Source: a virus
Lineage: Duplodnaviria > Caudoviricetes
Virus record (IMG/VR): IMGVR_UViG_3300029822_000011
Location: 1 to 61,783 of that record
Length of the DNA stretch: 61,783 nucleotides
Direction: 5' to 3' (one strand)
Under the pieces are notes generated by a model, which saw nothing but the letters and a program-made list of their open reading frames with translations, searched no databases and was not told the origin of the DNA. Positions 52,803-61,783 of the stretch are shown in pieces (position 1 is the stretch's first letter; every line of letters starts with the position of its first letter). Position numbers and translations under genes: made by a program.

Positions 52803-55502
52803 ATGGCGAAGTCAAGCCCTTGGATGCGCGTGCTCTGCTATCCGCTCGGCGAGACCTCCATCGTCACCCGCGCGGGCTTTGTGCGCACGGATCTGCTGAT
52901 GAACCTCGTGCGCGACGCCGACCCTGAGCCGCCGGCGATGCGCACGGCGCCGGACCTCACGGCGGGCGGGGTGAAGCTCACGACGCCGATGGAGGCGCTC
53001 GAGCGCGGCGTTTTACGCAGCGTGCGACACCTGCGCTGGTGGGACCTCTCCGATGAGGTCGAGCGCACGCAGGTCTCCGGGTACACCGTCGTCCCCGCTC
53101 TCGTGGCGCGCTCGAACCGATTCGCGGAGGATATCCTGCTCGAGATCGTCGGGCGGCGCGACCCGCTGCCGATCGAGTGGGAGGCGCTCGCGGGCTCCTA
53201 CTGGGAGACCTGCCAGCCGGACGCCGAACCGCAGACTCATGCCGTGGCGTGGCGGGGGACCGACCGGCTGGAGGAGTACCTCGCGCAGACCGCGCTCGAC
53301 CTCCCCGAGGGCCAGTCGTTTGCGGTGCGGCTGTGGTGGCTTGGGACCGCCCCGATCTTCCGCACGGAGGAGCCGGCCGCGCTGGAGACCCCCGCGGGCA
53401 CCGTCACCGTCGACCTCTCCGAGGAGGTCAGCCCCTACGCGCAGGTCGTCTGGGGCGGGGGCCTGTGGTGCGTCAACTTCACGCTCGGGCAGGCCCCGAC
53501 GCTGTGCCGCTGGGTGGATGGTGACTGGCGGGTGGCGCGGCGCTTCAGCAGCTTCGACACCGACCCGTTCGCCGATGCGAACCCGATGTGGCTGCGCGTC
53601 TTCAACATCGCCGGGCGGCTCGTGGTGCAGATAGAGACCGCCGGCGGCGACTGCTCGCAGGTCGTCTACACTGAGACGCTCCCCGACCGCTACGGGCAGC
53701 CGCAGGTGGCGCCGGTGACGCAGGCCCGCGGCAAGGTCCTCCTCGGCGGGCGCGGCGTGGCGTTCAGCGCCCTGTTGTGCGAGTACCGCTTCGGGCACGA
53801 CGTGCCCGCCGAGACCGATGTCTGGGGGAAGGTTACGCCCGCGCATTTCGACGGCGAGGGCTGTTTCAGCCGCGAGTACTGGTGTAACCGCACCGTCAAC
53901 GCGGCGGCCGTGGTGGCCGGGGCCTTCGGCTACTACGCCGACGGCAATCCCTACCGCGCGGGAAGCCTCTACGAGGGCGACGCAAGCTCCGTCGCGCAGG
54001 TGGAGGATGAGCCCGTGTACGAGAAGCGCGGGCACGCCACCGTGCGCACGGGCAAGCGCCGCTATACCTGCACGCTCTCGGCGCATAACCCTGAGCTCAC
54101 CCGCGACATGCTCGACGAGGGGCACTCGCGCTGCATGGCGGGCGCGCGCACGCCCTTCGTCTACGGCGTGTCGGTGCGCGTCGGCAGTGCGAAGACCGCC
54201 ACCTCAACCGAACCCGTGGACATCCGGCCCGCGCTCGTGCGGGCAAGCGAGGAGCTCGCCGACCCGATGCTCGCGGCCGGGCCGATGTGGCGCTTTGAGA
54301 TCAACCGGGCGCTGCTTGGCGACAGTATCCACCAGGGCACCGGCAATCCCATCGGAAACGACTGGCCGGATTACGTGGCACGCAACCACCGGCTCGACGC
54401 CGACCTGTCGTGGACGCACGAGTCGGGGGCCGTCAACGCGGGGGAGGCCCCCTACGGTGGTTCGGCGAGCTACGTGCGGCGGCTTATCGGCTTCATCACG
54501 GCGGAGGCCCCGGAGGCCGGCGGCTTCGGCGACTACGGCGCGACGCTTACGGCACGCGACTTCTCCGTGCTGCTGCAGGCCCCGGCGGGCGTGATCGACG
54601 CCCGCTACGCGCCGCTTGACCTGCTGCTGCACCAAAAGCTCCACGACGGAGACCGCACCCTCTACGGCTGGGAGGGCGTGCAGTACATCCTCGAGACCGC
54701 CATCTCCCCGGAGGTAGCGGCGGGGCTGGTCCACGAGTTCCCGGCCGACCATTACGACCTGCTCACCCACAAGATGCTGCTCGACCCGCCGTCGGGCGGT
54801 TTTTTCTATCCGCCGCCCTTCGGTAGCGACGCCCGGCAGTGGCTCGGGCAGCTGTGTGAGCGCGACTTCGCGGTCTTCTGGTGGGCGGCGCAACCGACCG
54901 ACTCGACGACGGTCGTACCGCACTACTGCAACTACTACTCCTACCTCGCGGGCGCCCCGACGATGACGGCGTACGATGCGGTCTACTCGGGCAGCGGCAC
55001 CGACAACCTGCTCACGGCGGCGGGCTGGCAGCACGACCCGTCCTCGGACATCAACCGTGTCGTGGTGCAGGGCGCGCCACCCGGGCAGGCGGGCCTCGGC
55101 GGGCTGATGCCCGCACTCGGGGGCTTCTCGGCGGAGGCGCGCATCGAGAGCGGCTCGCCGATCTCCGAGCAGAATATCGACGACACCTGGGAGCGGACGA
55201 AGCTGTATACCGGCTCGCAGTTCTGGCTCCCGCATGTGGCGCGCGTGGTGGCGCTGAATACCCTGCGGCTCCTGCGGGGCGTGGATATGCGCGGGATACG
55301 CCTGACGGTGCGGGGGAACCCGTACCTGTGGTGGGGCTGGAAGGTCACGCCGCGGATGGACGCGGCGGCGTCGGACCCGCACGGTATGCGCCTCGACGGG
55401 CAGCTGTGCCGGATTATCCGCCTGCGCAACACCGTCGACTTCGCCCGCGGGCGATATGAGACGACCCTCAACGTCGCACCTGAGCCGAACCTGGAGGGCT
55501 GA
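52803..55502 (+). CDS. Tail tip/hub-like protein
   Basis: INRVVVQG, LTVRGNPYL, YETTLNV C-terminal hub-like motifs. Confidence 0.6.
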   Translation: MAKSSPWMRVLCYPLGETSIVTRAGFVRTDLLMNLVRDADPEPPAMRTAPDLTAGGVKLTTPMEALERGVLRSVRHLRWWDLSDEVERTQVSGYTVVPALVARSNRFAEDILLEIVGRRDPLPIEWEALAGSYWETCQPDAEPQTHAVAWRGTDRLEEYLAQTALDLPEGQSFAVRLWWLGTAPIFRTEEPAALETPAGTVTVDLSEEVSPYAQVVWGGGLWCVNFTLGQAPTLCRWVDGDWRVARRFSSFDTDPFADANPMWLRVFNIAGRLVVQIETAGGDCSQVVYTETLPDRYGQPQVAPVTQARGKVLLGGRGVAFSALLCEYRFGHDVPAETDVWGKVTPAHFDGEGCFSREYWCNRTVNAAAVVAGAFGYYADGNPYRAGSLYEGDASSVAQVEDEPVYEKRGHATVRTGKRRYTCTLSAHNPELTRDMLDEGHSRCMAGARTPFVYGVSVRVGSAKTATSTEPVDIRPALVRASEELADPMLAAGPMWRFEINRALLGDSIHQGTGNPIGNDWPDYVARNHRLDADLSWTHESGAVNAGEAPYGGSASYVRRLIGFITAEAPEAGGFGDYGATLTARDFSVLLQAPAGVIDARYAPLDLLLHQKLHDGDRTLYGWEGVQYILETAISPEVAAGLVHEFPADHYDLLTHKMLLDPPSGGFFYPPPFGSDARQWLGQLCERDFAVFWWAAQPTDSTTVVPHYCNYYSYLAGAPTMTAYDAVYSGSGTDNLLTAAGWQHDPSSDINRVVVQGAPPGQAGLGGLMPALGGFSAEARIESGSPISEQNIDDTWERTKLYTGSQFWLPHVARVVALNTLRLLRGVDMRGIRLTVRGNPYLWWGWKVTPRMDAAASDPHGMRLDGQLCRIIRLRNTVDFARGRYETTLNVAPEPNLEG

Positions 55503-55506
55503 GGCG

Positions 55507-55731
55507 ATGGCGCCTGATATGGTCGGGATGATCAGCGAGATGTGGGCGCGGGCGCAGAGGGACACGATCAACTCGCTCATGCGCAACGGCGGCCTGCACC
55601 TCGCCTCACAGTCGACGCCCGATGACCCGATGCTCGCCAACGGCGTGATCATCGACAACGAGTTCTGCGAGGTCGCCCTGTTCGACGATGACGCGAGCGG
55701 CTTCGACAACGAGGAGGCAGGGTTCGCATGA
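55507..55731 (+). CDS. Small tail-tip protein
   Basis: Coupled to neighbours; ends FDDDASGFD...GFA. Confidence 0.5.
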   Translation: MAPDMVGMISEMWARAQRDTINSLMRNGGLHLASQSTPDDPMLANGVIIDNEFCEVALFDDDASGFDNEEAGFA

Positions 55732-56681
55732 GCCTCGACCACTACGGGGATCTGCTGCATAACGACTGGATGCCCGCCGACCCGGTGCCAAGCGCCGAGT
55801 TCAACTCCATGGCCGGGATCCTCGACGCGCAGCTTGTCGGGGCCCTGCAGGCGCTTGGGACCGGCTGCGTGGAGACCGATGCGTGGGTGGTGGCGGCGGG
55901 GGCGGGGCTGTCGGTGGACGTGACCGCGGGCTCTGGCGTCGCGGTCTCGGGCGATGACTACCTCTTCCTGCGGACTACGGCGGCGGCGAACGTCGTCCTC
56001 CCGGCGAGCAGCACGACCTATCTCTACGCGCTGGCGGTGACGCGCGTGGCCGCGGGGGACCCTGACAGTCGCGAGCAGGCTGTGGTCTCGTGGCACACCT
56101 CCGCGACCGGCGGGGCCGTGGCCGGGGCGGTGCTGGTGGCGAAGGTTATCACCGGGCCGGCGGCCGTGACCTCCGTGACTGATGAGCGCGAGTTCATCCG
56201 GGCGCTGGAGGCGCTTGCGGCGCTCGGCTCTGGCGATGACAGCATCGCCGAGATCGAGGCCGCCATCGGCTTGGATTACTTCGGCGCGACGCCACCGGCC
56301 GCCTCGCTTGATGCCCGCGTGGATGACCTCGAGTCGGCCGCTGCCTCCGGCGACGGTGTGACGGCCGTCTTCTGGGGCGTGCTGAAGCGTGCCGCAGGCG
56401 TCCAGACTACTATCGAGCAGTACGTGGGCGAGCAGATCGCCGCGCACGTTGCTGAGAAGCACGCGACGGAGCAGCAGTTCCTGGCGGAGGCAGAACCGTG
56501 GGATGAGGATGCGGTCAATCAGGCGCGGATGGTGCTGCGGCTGACGCGGCTGACGGACACGACGCTGCCCGATGACCTGCTGGAGAGCGTGGTCGTCGTC
56601 TGGCTGGTCTACGGCGATGGCAGCGACGGGACGCCTGATTACGTGGATCAGATCAACAGCACCTGGCTTGTGACGGCGTAG
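55728..56681 (+). CDS. Tail fibre/baseplate-associated protein
   Basis: GLSVDVTAG...LAKV....TSVTDER pattern of minor tail proteins. Confidence 0.6.
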   Translation: MSLDHYGDLLHNDWMPADPVPSAEFNSMAGILDAQLVGALQALGTGCVETDAWVVAAGAGLSVDVTAGSGVAVSGDDYLFLRTTAAANVVLPASSTTYLYALAVTRVAAGDPDSREQAVVSWHTSATGGAVAGAVLVAKVITGPAAVTSVTDEREFIRALEALAALGSGDDSIAEIEAAIGLDYFGATPPAASLDARVDDLESAAASGDGVTAVFWGVLKRAAGVQTTIEQYVGEQIAAHVAEKHATEQQFLAEAEPWDEDAVNQARMVLRLTRLTDTTLPDDLLESVVVVWLVYGDGSDGTPDYVDQINSTWLVTA

Positions 56682-56693
56682 GAGGGCGGGCGT

Positions 56694-58718
56694 ATGCACC
56701 TGTCGCTGCGAGAGGTGGCCGAGTTCGAGGGTGAGGGCCTGCTGACCTGCCTGTGCGTGTACGACGGCGCCTGCTACGTCGGCTGCGAGCGGGGCACCGA
56801 GGGGCTGTATGCCGTCAGCGGTGAGGGCTTTGCGGCGGTGGAACTGCCGCTGGATGAGGTCGATACCGCCTACGTGCAGGAGCTCATTGAGTCTGACGGC
56901 CTGCTGTGGGCGTTTGGGTGGCTGGTGGGGCTTGACGCCGGCGGGGCGGTGGAGGAGGCGTCGGCGGCGATCTGGAGCTTTGATGGCTCGGACTGGACCC
57001 TGCGCTCGCGCGTGGAGGCCGGACCGGAGGCTAATCAGGCGATGCGCTGGGCGGGTGCGGCGGCGCTCTCTGACCGCATCGTGACCGGCACGTATAGCTG
57101 GGACGTGTACGACTGGGCCGACAAGGGGGGGGCGTGGGACGGGCAGGTGATTGACGGGGCGCTGCTGCGGCCGGCGCAGGGGAGGGTGCAGGTACTGGCG
57201 GCGGCGGCGCTCTCCGGCCGGCCGGTGCGTATCACGCGCTCGGCGGGGATGGGGTGGTCGATCGACGGCTGCGGGCAACATGTGGTGCCCTACGCGGGCG
57301 CACCCGACCCCGACTGGGGCGACTTCTGGCATCCGCTGCAGCCGCTGGTGAGGTGGCTCGGGCGGGTGTGGTTCACGGCCGAGGGGGCTGCCGGGCGGCA
57401 GCAGCTGCACTCGACCGACGGCGCCAGCACCCGGCCCGGTCCGTCGTGGCTGATGCAGGCGCTCGGGTGCTATGACGTCCTCACCGTCTGGCAGAACCGC
57501 CTCGTGCTGTTCGGGCACGACGGCGCCTACCGCCCGGCGTGGGGCTACTGGGACCCGCCGGGCGTGGCGCTCGGGCGCCCGATCGGCGACTGGCGGGTGC
57601 GGCTTGCCCGCGAGTATGGCGAGACGCTGTGGTGTCTCGGCACGCAGGGGACGCGCTCATCCGAGCATCAGCGACCCACCTCGCCTAAGTTGGTGGTGGC
57701 GCGCGGAAACCCTGCCGCCGGGCCGCCCGGTGACGCAGTCGTCGGCGGCGAGTTGTGCGAAATACGGGACGTGGAGGGCGGCGTCATCTGGGTGTCGGGC
57801 TATACGTCGCCGTGGCGCGGCTACTACCTCACGGCCGGGTCCTACAACGGGCATCCCTACTACGTCAAGGCGGACGGTAGGCCGTATCTGATCTACGCCC
57901 TCGCCCGGCAGGACCGGCAGGCCGTGCTCGTGGCGGCGGGCGAGGTGAGCGCGCACGCGGTAACGCTCGAATGGGCGGATGGGAGCGGCGATCACCGGCC
58001 CGAGCTCCAGTCGACGGGGCTGGAGTGGTCGCGGGCGCACCCGACACAGGTGTCGCTTGGGGGCGTGGCGCTGGAGTGGTCCGACGGGGGCGGGGAGCAC
58101 TCCCCCCTCCTGCACATGGTCGGGCTGTCGTGGAGCGACAACAAGGGCGTCTTCCGCCCGGACCTGCTCTCGGCGGAGCTTGAGTGGAGCAAGGGCGGTG
58201 ATCAGCGGCCGGGGCTGGCGTCGGTGGTGCTGGAGTGGTCTGATGGGAGCGGGGGCAATCGCCCGGCGCTGCTGTCGGCGGAGGTCTCGTGGGGCGATGG
58301 GAGCGGGGGCAACCGCCCGGCGCTGCTGTCGGCGGAGGTCGACTGGGCTGATCACGGCCCGCAGCCGCCGCGGTCAGCGGTGGCGGTCACGGCCTACGCC
58401 CTGGAGTGGAACGACGACGCCGACCCGACGGCGGAGGCGGGCAGCGGGATCTGCTGGCTCACGCTGACGACGGGGCGGCCGGTGGTGGGGGTGCGCGTCG
58501 TTACCTCGGCGGCGATGGAGGAGGGGCGCGAGCTCGACTGCCTCATCCGCTGTGACGATGTCCTGCCGGTCGATGCGTGGGCGAGTTATCAGCGTTTCCG
58601 CTCCAATCGCACGGTGCTCGTCGACGCGCCCGGAACGGACCTGCGCGTTGGTGTCGTGAAGCCTGCCGAGGTAGCCGATGAAACGGACCTGATCGTGCAG
58701 TTGCAGTATGAGGAGTGA
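56694..58718 (+). CDS. Tail protein, beta-propeller-like N-terminus and nine LEWxD-type repeats
   Basis: Trp/Gly-rich blades; 17-18-aa repeats at ~57955-58420. Confidence 0.6.
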   Translation: MHLSLREVAEFEGEGLLTCLCVYDGACYVGCERGTEGLYAVSGEGFAAVELPLDEVDTAYVQELIESDGLLWAFGWLVGLDAGGAVEEASAAIWSFDGSDWTLRSRVEAGPEANQAMRWAGAAALSDRIVTGTYSWDVYDWADKGGAWDGQVIDGALLRPAQGRVQVLAAAALSGRPVRITRSAGMGWSIDGCGQHVVPYAGAPDPDWGDFWHPLQPLVRWLGRVWFTAEGAAGRQQLHSTDGASTRPGPSWLMQALGCYDVLTVWQNRLVLFGHDGAYRPAWGYWDPPGVALGRPIGDWRVRLAREYGETLWCLGTQGTRSSEHQRPTSPKLVVARGNPAAGPPGDAVVGGELCEIRDVEGGVIWVSGYTSPWRGYYLTAGSYNGHPYYVKADGRPYLIYALARQDRQAVLVAAGEVSAHAVTLEWADGSGDHRPELQSTGLEWSRAHPTQVSLGGVALEWSDGGGEHSPLLHMVGLSWSDNKGVFRPDLLSAELEWSKGGDQRPGLASVVLEWSDGSGGNRPALLSAEVSWGDGSGGNRPALLSAEVDWADHGPQPPRSAVAVTAYALEWNDDADPTAEAGSGICWLTLTTGRPVVGVRVVTSAAMEEGRELDCLIRCDDVLPVDAWASYQRFRSNRTVLVDAPGTDLRVGVVKPAEVADETDLIVQLQYEE

Positions 58719-58724
58719 GTGAAG

Positions 58725-59105
58725 ATGCCTGCGAAGACATGGGATAGTGGGGTCGACTGGCTCGACTGGACCCTGAGTAACCTCGAGATCAGCGGCGACA
58801 GTCTGGTGATCTCGGCGGGGTACAATATAGGCACGGCGACGCTGACGGACGCCTATGAGGCGGCTTCGTTCCAGCACTGGAGCAAGTTCACCCTGCGCGG
58901 GACCCGTCCGCAGGGATGCAACATCTACGTGCGGGTGCGCACCGGGGCGTCGAAGGAGGCCTGCGAGTCGGCGCCGTGGTCGGTGTACGTGGACGGTCTG
59001 GATCAGGATGGGGTTATGAGTTACGACCTGCGTGTGCACTGGCTCAACGCGGGCGTCACGGAGGGTGCGTTCATTCAGATCGAGGTCACTCTCGTCGGCG
59101 AGTAG
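58725..59105 (+). CDS. Small tail-associated beta-sandwich protein
   Basis: VRVRTG...WS...FIQIEVTL pattern. Confidence 0.55.
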   Translation: MPAKTWDSGVDWLDWTLSNLEISGDSLVISAGYNIGTATLTDAYEAASFQHWSKFTLRGTRPQGCNIYVRVRTGASKEACESAPWSVYVDGLDQDGVMSYDLRVHWLNAGVTEGAFIQIEVTLVGE

Positions 59106-59327
59106 CGAACTATTTTCGGGCCTATGGCCTCCGACCTCCTGATTTGTGGTATGGTGCGGGCGGTGAAGGGAAAGCTGCCTGCCGCGGGAGGTCGGATGCG
59201 CCATGAAGATTGTGCAGCCCAATGAGCCGTTGTGGTCGGGGTGTCTGTCGCGAAGCTGTTTTGTGTTGTTTTTGCTGTCGGCGTGGATCATCGTCTCGGG
59301 GATCAACTGCGTGGCGGGGGTGGGGGA

Positions 59328-61783
59328 ATGACCCGGGCGCGGCAGTTACTCCCGTATGTGCTGGTGCCGCTGGCGGTCTTCGGGCTGGTGGTGGGGTGGG
59401 GGGAGGTGTGGAGCTGGCGGGAGGCGCGCGAGAAGGCCGTGACGGCAACGGCCGCGACACTGGAGGTGTCGGATGTCATGGAATGGCAGGTAAGCGGCGC
59501 GGGCGACAGCAGCTACAACGGGATTTATCGGGCAGCGGGAACGTGGGACGGTAAGATCTACTACGAGATCGCGGGCGGCGGGCGGTATCTGTATTGGGCC
59601 ACGGGCGGAGGAAATATTGGCATACCGTGGGACGATTGGGTGCTGAATGATGAACTGCTCTATTGGCCCGACGGGGACAATCTGAGCGCGGCTTACCGCG
59701 GGACGGGCGACACCCTACCGGCGAACCCGTGGAGTCAAGTGGGTGGCTCCGCCCCCGCCCCCGCCCCGACGGTCTCCGAGTACGTCCCTCCGCCCCCTGA
59801 GCCGCCGCACTTTGGCACCGATCACCTGATCGACGCCCCCTACAGCCTGTCTACGGCCCGCATGGAGTGGCTCGATGTCGGCGGCACCGATTACCTCTTC
59901 GTCCTCGCGGAGGTGGCCGTCACCGGGAACCCGGTCCTGATGCGTTACGACCTCGCCCTGAACTCGTGGGTCACGGCGCTTGCGGCCGTCCCCGACGCCA
60001 TCCGCGACTGCCTCTACTACGACACCTGCGCCGCCAACGACATGCTCTATGTCGCCACGCTCGACCATGACCGCCGGCGCATCGGCCTGTGGGAGTACGC
60101 GCCGAGCGCGGACACCTGGACACAGCGGCTCGCTGCCGATACCCACGGCCTGCCGCTCGGGTCGTGGTGGGACCTCATGCGGCTGCGGTACGAGAGCGCC
60201 GCCGGGGACTTCACCGTCGCCGGGGCCATCACGCGCACGGTCATAGCCGGCACCCAGCGCACGAACATCGGTGCGCTGACGGTAGACCCGGCGACGTGGA
60301 CGGCCGCCTATGCCGCCGGCGAGGCTCTCAATGCCCTGTCCTTCTACTACGGCGCCACGGATGCTATCCCCGAGGGTGACGACTATCAGCGCGACCGGCT
60401 GGCCGACATCGCCTGGGATGACGTACGCGCCCGCGAGCTGCTGATGATCGGCAACGGTGCCTACGGCATCGGCATCACCGGCTATGAGAGCGGCGGGCCG
60501 ACGAGGCCGCCTTACGGCGATCGTGGCGCGGAGACCTCGATGGTGGTGGGCGCCAATCTCCCGGACCTTGGCGACGACGGCTACTACTACGCTTTCGCGC
60601 GGCGGTGGGCCTACGGGACCATCTGGCGCATTGCACTGGATACGCCGCTCCCGCGCTTCACGCAGGCCTTCCACCGGGCACCGTTGTTGGGGGAGATGAC
60701 GGTGCATGATGTCGGGGGCCTCGGGGACCGGCTCTTCGTCCTCGGCTCGCGCACCTTTGTCGGCGGCACCACCGCATTGTACGAGGTGGACCTGCGCCCG
60801 CAGGTGCGCGACCTGCGCGTGTATCTCGTGGCGGGCGCGGCAGGCGTCGAATGGACCTTCGCCGATGGGGACCTCCCCGGCGACGCGCAAACCGCCTATC
60901 AGGTCGTCGTCACGGACGAGGGCGGCACCGAGGTGGACGACTCAGGCGAGGTGGCGAGTGCGGCCTCCAGTTACGAGGTCTTGGGTCTCGCCAACGGCGT
61001 CTACATCGCCACCGTGCAGCTGTGGGACCGCGACGGGCAGGCGAGCCCGAAGGCGACCCGCTCGTTCGTGGTGGGTGGCGCGTCGGGCTCGGACGCAGCC
61101 CCGATCGTCTCCATCACCTCGCCGCTGACCGGGGCGACGATCACCGGCGATGCGACCGTGACCGTGGGGGCGGCAGATGACCTTGGGGTGGTGTCCGTCT
61201 CGGTCTACGTCGACGGTACGCTGCTGGAGACGCTGACGGCGCCGAACGCGGGCGCTGACTACGCCTTCACCTGGAAGGTGGCGGGCTACGGCGTCGGGAC
61301 CCACTCGATCAGTGCCGTCGCCCGCGACACCGCCGGACAAACGGCCACCGATGCGATCTCGGTCACGCTTGACACCGCAGGCGATACGACCGCTCCGGTG
61401 GTCAGTATCACCGCCCCCGGCGCAGGCGCCACCGTCGGCTCGTCGGTGACGGTGACGGCCACGGCCACCGATGACGTCGCCGTCGTGAGCGTCAAGCTCT
61501 ACGCCGACGGGCAACTGCAGGACACGCTGACGGCCCCCAACGACGGCGCCGCCTACTCGTTCACCTGGGACAGCAGCGGGTGGGCGAACGGCTCCCGGAC
61601 CCTGCGCGTGACGGCGACTGATGCCGCCGGCAACGTCGGATATGATGAGGTGACGGTGACGCTCGATCGCTCGAAGGCCGCCGACACGAAGCTCCTGTTC
61701 CTCGAGCAGGTCCCGAACGCGGCCGTGCAGGATATGTGGCGCTCGGGCGTGACCATCGCCGAGGTCGTCGCCACCTATCATCT
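59328..61783 (+). CDS. Large tail/adhesin protein with propeller-like region and bacterial Ig-like repeats (runs off window)
   Basis: Frame stays open from ATG 59328 (alternative start 59478 with GGAGGTG RBS) to the window end, hence absent from the ORF track; APIVSITSPLTGATITG and DTTAPVVSITAPGAGATVG Ig-like repeats. Confidence 0.75.
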   Translation, partial: MTRARQLLPYVLVPLAVFGLVVGWGEVWSWREAREKAVTATAATLEVSDVMEWQVSGAGDSSYNGIYRAAGTWDGKIYYEIAGGGRYLYWATGGGNIGIPWDDWVLNDELLYWPDGDNLSAAYRGTGDTLPANPWSQVGGSAPAPAPTVSEYVPPPPEPPHFGTDHLIDAPYSLSTARMEWLDVGGTDYLFVLAEVAVTGNPVLMRYDLALNSWVTALAAVPDAIRDCLYYDTCAANDMLYVATLDHDRRRIGLWEYAPSADTWTQRLAADTHGLPLGSWWDLMRLRYESAAGDFTVAGAITRTVIAGTQRTNIGALTVDPATWTAAYAAGEALNALSFYYGATDAIPEGDDYQRDRLADIAWDDVRARELLMIGNGAYGIGITGYESGGPTRPPYGDRGAETSMVVGANLPDLGDDGYYYAFARRWAYGTIWRIALDTPLPRFTQAFHRAPLLGEMTVHDVGGLGDRLFVLGSRTFVGGTTALYEVDLRPQVRDLRVYLVAGAAGVEWTFADGDLPGDAQTAYQVVVTDEGGTEVDDSGEVASAASSYEVLGLANGVYIATVQLWDRDGQASPKATRSFVVGGASGSDAAPIVSITSPLTGATITGDATVTVGAADDLGVVSVSVYVDGTLLETLTAPNAGADYAFTWKVAGYGVGTHSISAVARDTAGQTATDAISVTLDTAGDTTAPVVSITAPGAGATVGSSVTVTATATDDVAVVSVKLYADGQLQDTLTAPNDGAAYSFTWDSSGWANGSRTLRVTATDAAGNVGYDEVTVTLDRSKAADTKLLFLEQVPNAAVQDMWRSGVTIAEVVATYH

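Larger units (their letters stand above)
1..61783 (+). mobile_element. Tailed dsDNA phage/prophage genome segment (replication, packaging, head and tail modules; no tail sheath recognised)
   Basis: Co-oriented terminase, portal, prohead protease, capsid, tail tube, tape measure, DnaB and RusA genes, many with overlapping stop/start codons; no host housekeeping genes; boundaries lie outside the window. Confidence 0.96.

Noticed and set aside
54204-57518. Long minus-strand ORFs (also 36358-38745, 13291-15129, 28384-30093, 30169-31878, 590-1705 and others)
   Set aside because: Antisense shadows of GC-rich + strand genes; no motifs and they overlap well-supported genes.
59106-59331. T/G-rich gap with a 42-aa hydrophobic ORF at 59203-59331
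   Set aside because: Has a GGGAGG upstream and overlaps the next start, but atypical codon usage and no motif; not supportable as gene or RNA.
1-61783. tRNA, rRNA, integrase or att sites
   Set aside because: None recognised by eye; lifestyle (temperate or lytic) and host cannot be determined from this window.

Overview
The window is an internal ~62 kb slice of a GC-rich tailed dsDNA phage or prophage. Essentially all credible genes are on the + strand; no integrase, att site or host gene is visible and both ends cut through genes. Order: (1) a decayed TnpB 3' fragment, then a compact CRISPR locus without cas1/cas2 (consensus sigma70 promoter, ~230-nt highly structured non-coding leader with an anti-repeat, 4-repeat/3-spacer array, intact 417-aa Cas12f/TnpB-like RuvC nuclease); (2) replication module (initiator with 8 internal palindromic iterons, DnaB-like helicase, RusA, many small ORFs); (3) DNA methyltransferase, terminase subunits, DHH phosphoesterase, portal, MuF-like head protein, pectate lyase and lectin-like virion proteins; (4) probable capsid-packaged effector proteins (metallopeptidase/LPD1-like protein, 1827-aa SNF2 helicase with a mini-intein, ADP-ribosyltransferase, two further cargoes among the neck genes) sharing an N-terminal 'RPLM...L.KA...FDESK..R..GS.KGGQF' tag; (5) prohead protease-scaffold, major capsid, neck, tail tube, chaperones, tape measure and tail-tip genes. 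The strongest leads are the phage-encoded miniature type V system, apparently made as one transcript with a natural single-guide fold, and the modular cargo-tag system. All family assignments come from motif recognition by eye; no database search or folding program was run.
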